A stretch of DNA of 64,000 nt. It comes from a virus. The stretch is from positions 2,240 through 66,239 of IMG/VR virus record IMGVR_UViG_3300045988_082153; one strand, 5' to 3'. Position 1 is the stretch's first letter, and each line of letters starts with the position of its first letter. Positions 29,701 through 33,710 of this stretch are shown here, piece by piece. The notes under the pieces were generated by a model. It was given only the letters and a program-made list of their open reading frames with translations. It was not told the origin of the DNA and did no database searches. Position numbers and translations under genes: made by a program.

Positions 29701-31685
29701 CCTCAACCGGTAGCATCATCAAGCGCAGACGCAACAATCTTGCCCTTGACGTGATGGGAGCAGACGCATTCAGCGTTATACTCGACCACATTCAGCAGAT
29801 GGAACGTTGGGCATCCTTTGCAGAGTTCAATCGCGACTTGAACACCTTGTTGTCATACAAGCGTTTCCGCAACCAAGTTATGAACATGACGAGTGTTTAT
29901 GGTGGTGGCAAAACTCTGTGGAAGAATTTCCGCAATGTGTGCAGTATGGCCGCAGGAGCCTATCGCCCACCAATCGCAGCCCTTGACAAGGCCGCAGTGA
30001 ATGTGGCGAAGGGCGTAACGGCAGCCAAGGTTAGTTTCAGAGTGTTCACGGCATTAAAGCAGTTCCTCTCTATGCCAGCTTATCTTTCTGACAGCAGCCC
30101 TGTATATCTTGCAGGAAACATTGCCAATCCGATAGGAGCTTGGAAGTGGTCAATGGAAAACCTTCCACTCTTCGAGAAGCGTTGGAAGAGCCGCATGGCA
30201 GGAGACCCAAGACTGATGAAGAGTGAAATGGACTGGAAGATGTGGCAAAACCGCGCTGTTGAAATAGCCTCACGTATCGGTATGTCTCCTAATGCCTTTG
30301 TCGATGCACTGACAGTTGCCATAGGTGCACACTCGATGTATCAGACCAAGAAGAAGAAATATCTTCGTTACGGCTATGATGAAGAGACGGCAGAGAAGCG
30401 AGCCAAGCAAGACGCTACTATTCTGTTCAACCAGACACAGCAGTCGAGTGAAAGCGCGTTCCTCTCTACGATGCAGACCGACCGTTCATGGTTGAGTGTT
30501 CTGTTCACTGTGTTCAGAAACTCTTCGATGTCGTACACACGTCAGCTGTATGATGCACTCCGTAACCTCAAACACCGCTTTGAACCCGGTTACAAAGGAC
30601 TCACAGAGGAGTATCTTGCCAAGCAGATGCGCAGAGATGGCATAGACCCAGACAAGGCCGACCAGAACGCCAAGAGCGAGTATAGAAGAAGCCTGATGCG
30701 TGATATAGTCCGCGTAGGCGTGTTTGGCTATCTGTTGCAGTTTGCTTGGAACTTGGGAGCCTATCTGCCCTATCTCCTCTTAGGTGACGACAAGGACGAG
30801 AAGAGCGACATGTGGCATGACATCTTCTGCCATACTATGTTCGGCAGTATAGAAGGCTTGACTGGAGGTGACGTGATGAGTGCTGTAGGTAATGGCTTTG
30901 CTAAAGGCGAAGGTTTGAACCTATTCTCCGCTTCAAAGGATATGCCTCTTAGTTCAGACTTGCAGAACATTGTAAACAAATGGAACAAAGACAAGGTTGC
31001 CGCCATGAACGACGTGACCAACTTGATGGTTCAGTCTGGTATAGGTGTCAATCCCCAATCGCTGACAGATGCAGTGGTTGCCATCATGGACTACTGTGGT
31101 GACGACGCAAACACCTCTCGCGAGTGTGCCCTGCTTATCACGCGCATCATCAACTGCCCACAAAGTCAGATCGACAAGATTTATTTTGACGAGCTTAACG
31201 CAACGGCAGCAGAGGCGCAAGGCATGACCCCGGCAGAGATAGCCGAGCGATATGCCCGATATAAGATGCACAGAGGCGCACCGTTGACCGGATGGGCGTA
31301 CACTGATGAAGCTCGCGACTCCGTAATGACTGCCCTGCAGAACCGAGTGCTTACGAAAGCCAAGGAGAAGTTGAACAGCAGAATGGAGACTGAGGAAACC
31401 AAACAGTTGCTCAGTGATTACGATGCTGTTGCCAAGCAAGAGACCGCATTGTCGAAGATAAAGAAGACGGACCGTGCAGCCTACCACGAGGGAATGAAGC
31501 AGCTACGCCAGTCGAACGACATGCGCCAGCACATGCGCTTGAAGCGATACAAGCATGACATGAATGAACTCACGTCGAAGTATCTACGCTGCAAGAGTGC
31601 AGAGGAACGAGACTCGATTGTCAGCACGATGTTCAGTACACGTGCGAAGATGCTTGAAGACATCGACAGATTGAAGCAACAATAG
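11763..31685 (+). CDS. giant polyvalent protein (6,640 aa): DarB-like methyltransferase-helicase core plus ParB-like, zincin, MuF_C-like and hydrophobic modules
   Basis: A single uninterrupted ORF that starts on the stop of the upstream gene and ends 58 nt before the portal gene. Domain motifs are listed as separate features. Confidence 0.9.
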   Translation: MAQVNDNDDIKWLYGKLKAKGYNIGSEAEFKSSLANGEDRKWYYEKAKGMGLDMGNMADFESMYAPKAAPAPKRKAPSSGQRRPASAVSASPEQPKQQKPKGTPMTEQDKIRMSLQMGQMKQQVQQGIANTNAKIGRMMEPLTQKGRERRRLGEFQARMAGTPTHVVGFNTASPAPASSGARGGSRQKPVQSEQSPQPYGVKYENGKAKTQWVLPDGTLTTSLIEANQAEYEARTARLAHQFQNRMKENGLDPNKPEDVRKQAQLDYEAPMRKAIEDEWQRAEAEDRAADEAYRKDMERAEGGSFWDRLKKSITPLGPDGMPLRRGDETLRDIKRAAKRQDTFNLEKMAQSVLQNMPQEYKDNQMLNYSRYFREHPSELKGRTVSQAAKEALQGEVYHATYERAVQARMPKSKTEFLLRKVADQPFFSQTIADNMAARLFSHSIGTEAADMDAMSRYGTDHRALDITGTVLNMAIDPTTYISGGVGSFAGKQALKLSGKMALKGASKEAAERYVGRTLAGRMVAGVAAGSANFGTFEGLKNMQQQMRLGGTLNPETGEYEFSAGDMLKATGHGMLLGSVTGTLSPVLGNVSDKLVKATESTAGKVGIRAGELMTSTVAEGTIFATPEWIENAQLADDDPRKRKAMDIWTDNMAMMLGFKVSHGIKSAPQVIAGLRPIAEPKTMEERNRNRRSFAERLRKRMDASPRDLDFTKEEREELRRNGYGDLASLFTRTPKQPTKPKAKPTMTDGKTMTFDVDYQHAEAKRVSNPEFDGYEAMERLMQDPNVSQSARAKAYYILTGRMLPMGTVTGYTTNKDANGVTVQAVTAQGEVVTSRHFKTEEGAKKEEANIMRQAELNSVDVGERYKEAAANAKVVQAAVESVAPGADFATVMRNYKVVKEGDKDAIAAYGKMVEDIDRAIEANKTMADGERPEAIRASIKEETGVDVDATLRKEPKNRTEEEQAAVEDYIKRLFPEQKSEEAGASAEAEQPMSEAESAAAAAYDQARLLWDKVEKGDTDAKAEVDAITLRMQEAYQMCEDAFGADAEMRIAEINEDPWPLVNNPELSEDQQDAVLYYVNAKAAMEGVMDASNEAADGKRKEVEANVERHTHKDMGVVQPATMKVDDKPVYVVKGNVVMLPDGSGIDVRNSDQSIVICDAETGEYKFASPDQLFSLGEAIDPQTELDEAYANIQAEHETVLGVPENGENVQGNGENVSQLTDEQLQQYAHSAFNEATQSNGITIPQEQAEQLQQHNQQMLEQEQQRKEEEANRQPTALEHVPINEETGEPMFEKADRETALDALNEVTGGNDENTTAIVRAQVEQATKALEALKKKEPTKKAPSLKGSPMAMVKAQQEAEANYNTAMEEYNAQVAAAEENLNAWSRINSLMNDRKRAIREQQEAERKVREEKLHAEAVARLEEDKRIAAEKAAEQEAVGTHAVNPKIKAKWDGATKVEGNPNAITLADGSTIRGHYVLTEAGAATASHDVNNAYEPTEGFPVDENGESVNDRDYKRDKDAQRIVRDMADSYDSRALQTPVIVSKDGVVLSGNNRTMSGEIAAKNGTDKAYVDHLREFGAMFGFTPEQIDGMQHPRVVFVPDEELPYDASTFARFNAEQQKKQSKPEHAVKLGKIVPDNVFTSITNDISRFDRMSDYYADDKSVASAISQLLDAGVINEMQLPELRTGNALSAAGKELIENTLIGKVFQTSPDAVRQIISTLTLRQSVVMGLNEIANNRTLAKSGYDLSKELAAAVDLVSRAKSDSPEIYKEGMPVSPYGRQKGLFDDEYGDSRVTDGVTLLLADLLNSGKPSDLRKVLSTYNNEAASPAAGQIDMFSGDVSSKEEILKNVNEYFRNATPKEQQALIDAAVAERKRRAEAAEPAGGDEASEQAKVVAGSDAEPQQPVVASEEPAKGNNPDADALAKEAEEKLSERITDTDDEWTEPSEYGEIYKHRMFVDGKEVIKVDAPDKSKNYPGTYYEIDGKQFGDLYEVANYIDGNEQPLSAKIEAASAEVNTDPTEAQKEAGNYKKGHVQVGTFDITIEQPQGSVRKGTDADGKQWESKMNNTYGYIRGAVGVDGDHIDVFLSNDIDGWNGRKVYVVDQYNPDGSFDEHKVMLGFNDQDEAKGDYLANYEQGWENGRRIDITGVNLEDFEKWIESSKRKTKPFGEYSSVKKDVVEINTPEEAGYSITPSTYTNKKGKTSDVSLLTFDNDLTADQERAVKEFAKERTGEGRFAPARGWKDRESGGWMFRSEEDARKAAEMVGNEQAVADNQPMTAQELRDAVEPKKPTASKKTAAKKPANRIENVPTEEPIEPEKPKYEVSDEEMNGLMNDIRDILGIGDDEGDAGVKFRDPDELTAEQRQKLMSVGQRLAMAMVERGNESFGNYASMMVKALGDKVRPWLKAFYGGLEYVPGYDKYALTPYEEVKAFDVENFDKPNKDVMAQANMIVEEGKVQVAAEKANKELKATRNEQRKETEKQTAANTDAVAVEAESVASEATALAETSSDEQALAGAAERVDETLNKVNEQLALLGYYEADEVEKDYNEAYGYMRNAEKKAVKDAANLASQLISDLNLSHYEASHSKQTDKKGNRKKKPLAVSNISPIGGDVSIHLPLEEGRELYLTIGVEPRAAKGVDGFGGSDLEVTHIMFRVDHPEGTGNDRYGRNVFVDSNVTYSDLLKQVQREAYKYLIGSGVTNEGEYAAGDKVQYSTDGGRTWTDAVVVQPNDEGGIRIDTGLAPVMWVNAHPDQLRHKPSESAEPKHEAVGDFYEDGINEDAVAALPEDTAIQLHVVDILNPGMTDHSMKSKIESLNTLLPKISDKKLSELDKEYGDDKDMGTHIKAEVARRAKDGGVQPTSSEKPADKPKPASKKNATKKVKPEQPVGDLFAGLFDNTSDNGLQGNDEAVRTETVPADNGGQQQGLRGSKESTRKTVAQEGGRPDGGRGGQSTGKDRAVSAGLHGLTEPKNTRNNHSERGADHAPTSVNGRIEANIKAIELAHELLESGETATPEQMSVLRQFSGWGGLGAAFSDGGYDWKQRERNKKIRELLGEEAYEQAVMSANSAYYTPAYVVDTLWDIANQLGFKGGNILEGSAGIGNILGQMPTTVSERSNIHAIEIDGTSGGILSLLYPDAKVEIQGFEQTRIPNGSVDLAITNVPFVTGLRVNDTTGDSDLSKKFHNIHDFCIAKNVRKLREGGLGIFISSNGTLDNSKALRDWVVNEGGSDFIGAFRMNNKTFGGTTVTSDIIVIRKRVNGQKSAQAIDVSSISGERTAEYEEPGARKAKQLSMDYNKYFIEHPDHMAGEMRFAFEEGDTFRPTSKGLYPVSGKDQGKMLVDFVKSFTEEDSSKATTTDHHDVSLVLDASADGKKLGEMYMKDGQIVLASFGGYYPLEVNDKKIKGHTKQECFTAYAAIKSALADVMQYQTENESDAGLKPLIAKLNKAYDAFVNTYGHFNKNNQLAWLRNDVDYPNVFSLETYKEQGDGKGGVVKTYDKADVMKGRVVEKESEPHPENVKDGVVVSMFKNGRIDVPYIASQLGKSEAEVKREIIDSGLGFEDPTTRQMEVSYQYLSGNVREKLKQAEANNENGEYSKNIKALQDVVPMNIPAHLIDFTLGSSWLDPKLYDEYVKERTDIDVHFTAAGGTWFMKAPTYGVNVEKNRAMGIVSEMLKKTIMGHELISAAIQNKSIIVSRTEKHYDGTTETITDREATAACAAKIDEIRQDFKDWARGKMQSDADLSARMEQEYNDRFNNYVPMSIPDDFVPEYFGGATHKFKMRSHQGKAIVRGTMQPLLLAHEVGTGKTFTLISTAMEMRRLGTARKPMIVVQNATVGQFAASAKELYPNAKILTLEDNDRNAEGRKNFYAKIKYNDWDMIVVPQSTFEFIPDSDERQMQFVQDKIDEKMLVLEQMREADSSGRDPITRRAEKELADLQAEMAALSEGISKKRTANNEKKKAVAKQNAAVKAQEMLDRRTDDVENFDDMGIDALLIDEAHEYKHLGFATAMQRGVKGVDPSYSKKSQGVYLKTQAILEKNNGRNVIFATGTPISNTAAEIWTFMRYLMPKDTMKEYGIYYFDDFVRNFGNIQQMPEFNTSGKFKEVNRFAGYVNLPELVRIWSGVADTVLTKDQTELVKKIPEMEGGKAQDIYLPQTRALRSVMKYVREELERFDQMSGKEKKENSSIPLTMYGIAQGAAVDARLVEMHAEDDPRSKTNEAVRQTLRSLKETDDYKGTVAIFADHYQNKRSGFNLYEDIKKKLIQQGIPESEVIVMKPGMTIKKKLEIFDKVNRGEVRVILGSTATLGTGVNIQERLHTLIHLDAPNRPMDYTQRNGRILRQGNLHKQWNKPVRVLRFGVEDSLDVTAYQRLKTKGAIADSVMEGDRLMQDSMNNRVLEEEEDVFGDTVAQLSGSEYALLKNNAEKNVRKYESRKKQWEADQTYIHNAKPKLEGQIKAAEQRAEEANAQLLAVQKAFPDGKFTEITVGKLKFASVDAMADFIKEHNKKILDAVKAMKENPGNNVQTNTLTLSLGGYDFVVKTEMSRETVNNGGLLFAEIHRRMSYSCPELGLNNVPVKQSLLRNAVEDITENVITGRDFAERFDIATRMVQHGKSELEQLKQREGKPFEFGKELEEAKRQLEEYSEAMKVEMAEKEKKYAEMDASVEAASDVVTDDEDETAEDKTKFRLLDEDDPKAMELESLPESELVPVYRNVQAFEDDALGSPMAFTDAETGERRTLEGRRWNYSAPPKVELSEEQQRKLDELNKNGYIMVDGKKSTELQINDGLKFVKPKTKEAQLQYFLKKNPEDKGLWAAYDPYDHAIETPLNTQFGEAYKRPNLVVVRSLIPKSEIDEPFHADYALLPTGAHQWNNGRTLYLSRWSKIDKVLTREEEAKLIDEYWKKHPGKREELKTHRDYNRFVPQVRIELEKMGYRFELDGKELTPEESLALDKQNWESRDVIPGREGHTPFVSNEDIARINAKMAGKWVGEPKEAMESAMSDRVTELSERLHTPVRIIRTEEEVAALPSVRQRRMKGSFNPMTGEVTIVVPNNANMADIENTFVHEVVGHDGLRVLFPDEAKLNNALDELYRVSKDEIRGTIDRMAQKMYDAEVDRIREKKRKEHVANGEDANASYYADMAAAHAEAGKKREQFKRDATEEYGADLAGRIGEKGFEMMSAEELTFWGKLKAMLQKALQKLLDGLKIPGKRKWGDKDWAFVLHEAYKRKKNGGKPTVFDAADTEVMRRRTGFGDTKFSDGKREQQTANERFNNELTRYQNGEMDKNEMLHLGRPQGVMRTFLPNLPIVMRQRVIKKGSEKKHDVDVSAIMNMPQHLSSPIFVFQRSEDTIGVLTDMRDRNGKNVCVAIELKRQIQQGAEYLEVNDVRSFHGREFKNIVEPIANNKTLKWVDKEKGLAYLSSASQPVQQEIDKQVLDTATKVVKDFVNPKVSDENIADEGIMFRDGDMGLEETITKMKVEASQANADNWQAKQDAMRAIGGNLNKLRQAMARQREYDLSTVKSITDLAKVLLENGLLDDLSKYETKRILSAVNNVHGKQDVSDYVQKVMDIMVDNQLRMGANQLGKLLSIRGSRVDARGIEVQGQLDPEGQRIAQVVRKATSLPKENIEERIADCTNRMSSDDNAVAEEAAIEYSGLLLAHQFVEDITESKAEEKALRESIKEAKADLDAGTMEADAYREYVESTNDAIRQNKIERAEAYRSIVEQAGGVLGGSVERAKAWREAEKQRVETIHHNANSDMTGRPNDEHHKESKAQKIANNSIVRFVLAPLGTFDQMLRMFGKKSVNGEGYLWNRYMRGWVEATEKEYTGYQNALKTLDEKVSDLFGKKMKWGDLFSLERNLPKATVTFWDGGEQKAHELTQGNLLYIYMVDKMADGRMKLRRMGITEEDVENIKEFVDPRFLELADWMQDEFLVEKRNEYNEVHKRMFGASMAAIENYFPLKILANARIEEVDVADDTTDTALPATSTGSIIKRRRNNLALDVMGADAFSVILDHIQQMERWASFAEFNRDLNTLLSYKRFRNQVMNMTSVYGGGKTLWKNFRNVCSMAAGAYRPPIAALDKAAVNVAKGVTAAKVSFRVFTALKQFLSMPAYLSDSSPVYLAGNIANPIGAWKWSMENLPLFEKRWKSRMAGDPRLMKSEMDWKMWQNRAVEIASRIGMSPNAFVDALTVAIGAHSMYQTKKKKYLRYGYDEETAEKRAKQDATILFNQTQQSSESAFLSTMQTDRSWLSVLFTVFRNSSMSYTRQLYDALRNLKHRFEPGYKGLTEEYLAKQMRRDGIDPDKADQNAKSEYRRSLMRDIVRVGVFGYLLQFAWNLGAYLPYLLLGDDKDEKSDMWHDIFCHTMFGSIEGLTGGDVMSAVGNGFAKGEGLNLFSASKDMPLSSDLQNIVNKWNKDKVAAMNDVTNLMVQSGIGVNPQSLTDAVVAIMDYCGDDANTSRECALLITRIINCPQSQIDKIYFDELNATAAEAQGMTPAEIAERYARYKMHRGAPLTGWAYTDEARDSVMTALQNRVLTKAKEKLNSRMETEETKQLLSDYDAVAKQETALSKIKKTDRAAYHEGMKQLRQSNDMRQHMRLKRYKHDMNELTSKYLRCKSAEERDSIVSTMFSTRAKMLEDIDRLKQQ
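16080..16700 (+). other. ParB/sulfiredoxin-like domain within the giant ORF
   Basis: TEAGAATASHDVNNAYEP .. QTPVIVSKDGVVLSGNNRTMSGEIAAKNG (DGxxLSGNxR-type motif at about 16376-16450). Confidence 0.5.
17835..18235 (+). other. inorganic-pyrophosphatase-like module within the giant ORF (tentative)
   Basis: NYKKGHVQVGTFDITIEQPQGSVRKG..YGYIRGAVGVDGDHIDVFLS..VVDQYNPDGSFDEHKVMLGF. The GDxxDVF pattern recalls PPase-fold modules seen in phage or plasmid polyvalent proteins. This is recalled from memory only. Confidence 0.35.
20690..21560 (+). other. N6-adenine DNA methyltransferase domain within the giant ORF
   Basis: LRQFSGWGGLG; motif I ILEGSAGIGNILG (about 21033-21075); motif IV DLAITNVPF (about 21225-21248). 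Confidence 0.8.
23050..24900 (+). other. SNF2/DExH helicase domain within the giant ORF
   Basis: LLAHEVGTGKTFTLI (motif I, about 23155), LLIDEAHEYKH (motif II, about 23729), FATGTPISNT (III), ILGSTATLGTGVNIQ (V), YTQRNGRILRQGN (VI, about 24749). Confidence 0.85.
26900..27000 (+). other. zincin-like HExxH metallopeptidase motif within the giant ORF
   Basis: NTFVHEVVGHDGLRVLF (HEVVGH at 26943-26960). Confidence 0.55.
27610..27935 (+). other. MuF C-terminal-like (polyvalent-protein associated) module within the giant ORF
   Basis: LHLGRPQGVMRTFLPNLPIVMRQRVIKKGSEKKHDVDVSAIMNMPQHLSSPIFVFQRSEDTIGVLTDMRDRNGKNVCVAIELKR..LEVNDVRSFHGRE matches the pattern I recall for the MuF_C family. Confidence 0.5.
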
Positions 31686-31743
31686 TTAAACAACAAAGGA
31701 CGGTGCAAGGAATTACCTTTGCACCGTCCCAAATTATAAAATT

Positions 31744-33702
31744 ATGGCAAGAAGAAAATTACATAAGGCGAGTGCTGTCATGCCTCATGAAGGAATGGAC
31801 AGCGTAGCTACAGCCAAGCACACGTTGGGCGGTAACCGTGCATTTGAGGTATTGTGGCAAGCCCAGCAGTATTGGCTTGCTATGGATACGTTCCGCAGAG
31901 ACCGTGAACGTAACAAGAACTACACCTACGGACGGCAGTGGGATGACTACGTTTGCGTGAATGGTCGGAAAATACGCGAAGAGGAACTCATCAAGAAGCA
32001 AGGTAATGTACCCTTGAAGAACAACCTCATTCGTCGTATGGTACAAGCTGTACTTGGTATATACCGCAGTCAAGCCAAAGAACCCACTTGTACGGCACGC
32101 GACCGCGACGAGCAGCGTTATGGCGAGACGATGAGTACCGTGTTGCAATGCAACATGCAGCTGAACCGCATGACAGAGATAAACGCACGATGTATGGAGG
32201 AGTTCCTTATATCGGGCTTTGTCGTGCAGCGTAAGTGGTATGGCTGGCGAGAAAACAAGCTGGACTGTTGGACTGACTATGTACAGCCCAACAACTTCTT
32301 CATCGATAACAACATGAGGGATTTTCGAGGTTGGGATTGCAGTTGTGTGGGCGAGGTGCATGACATATCGTTTGAGGAACTGTGCGGACGCTTTGCCAAG
32401 GACGGAAACGATTACAACCGTCTGGCCGAGATATACAAGTTTGCCAAAGACAAATCGTATCTCAGTGCTACGTTTAATCATTTTGGCCATCCTTTGCAGG
32501 GCAACTTTGATTTTTTTGTTCCGTATGATGTGACACGTTGTCGTGTAATAGAAGTGTGGAGGAAGGAAAGCAAACCACGTGTCCGCTGCCATGACGTAAA
32601 CAACGGCGATGTGTTCAAGATAGACATTGAGGATTTCCAAGCCCTTGTAACAGACGAAAACAACAAGCGTTTACAAGAGGCCCGTGAGCTTGGTATGGAC
32701 GAGAGCGATGTGCCGCTTATCCGTTGGGAGTGGTTTATGGATAGCTACTGGTATTATTACATGCTCACTCCGTTTGGTGACATTCTGGAAGAAGGCGAAA
32801 CCCCATACGAGCACAAGAGCCATCCGTATGTGTTCAAAGCATATCCGTTCATCGACGGTGAGATACATAGCTTTGTCAGCAATGTAATAGACCAGCAGCG
32901 ATACACAAACCGTTTGATTACGATGTACGACTGGATTATGCGAGCTTCGGCAAAAGGTGTGTTGTTGTTCCCGGAAGACTGCTTACCAAAGGGAATGTCA
33001 ATGGACGACGTTGCCGACGAATGGGCACGCTTCAACGGCATCATCATGATCAGGACACCGAAGGCCGGAACGCCATTGCCTCAGCAGATAGCCAACAACT
33101 GCACACAGATAGGTATCTCAGAGTTGCTGAGCATGCAGTTGAAGTTCTTCGAAGACATATCCGGCGTTAACGGCGCATTGCAAGGCAAGCCCGGTTATTC
33201 GGGTATGTCGGCCAGTCTGTACAATCAACAGGCACAGAACGCCTCAACGTCTCTGCTTGACTTGCTCGACACGTTCTCTTCTTTCGTAAAAGAAGGTGCG
33301 TATAAGGACGTGAAGAACATTCAGCAGTTTTACGACACGCCACGTGTATTCAACATTGCAGGAAAGAACTCTACCATTGTGGAGTACGACCCGAAGAAGA
33401 TACGCGACGTAGAGTTTGACCTTTCGATTGTGGAGAGCACAGCAACCCCAGCATACCGCGCTCTAACCAACGACATGCTTATGCAGTTGTGGGAAAAGAA
33501 CGCTATCAGCGTGGAGCAGCTGTTGGAACACGGCGACTTTCCATTTGCCGACGAGTTGCTGCAGAGCATCAAGTCACAAAGGGAACAGCTGGAACAAGGC
33601 AAGGTGCCGGACGGCATTTCTCCGGAACTTGCGCAGCAGGTTCATCAAAACGCAAACGCATCTGCCATGCAACAGGCACAGCAGATGTTACAAGCGGCTT
33701 AA
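31744..33702 (+). CDS. portal protein
   Basis: 652 aa. N-terminal FRRDRERNKNYTYGRQWDD (YxxGxQW portal-type motif). Adjacent to the large terminase. Confidence 0.7.
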   Translation: MARRKLHKASAVMPHEGMDSVATAKHTLGGNRAFEVLWQAQQYWLAMDTFRRDRERNKNYTYGRQWDDYVCVNGRKIREEELIKKQGNVPLKNNLIRRMVQAVLGIYRSQAKEPTCTARDRDEQRYGETMSTVLQCNMQLNRMTEINARCMEEFLISGFVVQRKWYGWRENKLDCWTDYVQPNNFFIDNNMRDFRGWDCSCVGEVHDISFEELCGRFAKDGNDYNRLAEIYKFAKDKSYLSATFNHFGHPLQGNFDFFVPYDVTRCRVIEVWRKESKPRVRCHDVNNGDVFKIDIEDFQALVTDENNKRLQEARELGMDESDVPLIRWEWFMDSYWYYYMLTPFGDILEEGETPYEHKSHPYVFKAYPFIDGEIHSFVSNVIDQQRYTNRLITMYDWIMRASAKGVLLFPEDCLPKGMSMDDVADEWARFNGIIMIRTPKAGTPLPQQIANNCTQIGISELLSMQLKFFEDISGVNGALQGKPGYSGMSASLYNQQAQNASTSLLDLLDTFSSFVKEGAYKDVKNIQQFYDTPRVFNIAGKNSTIVEYDPKKIRDVEFDLSIVESTATPAYRALTNDMLMQLWEKNAISVEQLLEHGDFPFADELLQSIKSQREQLEQGKVPDGISPELAQQVHQNANASAMQQAQQMLQAA

Positions 33703-33710
33703 TAAAACTA

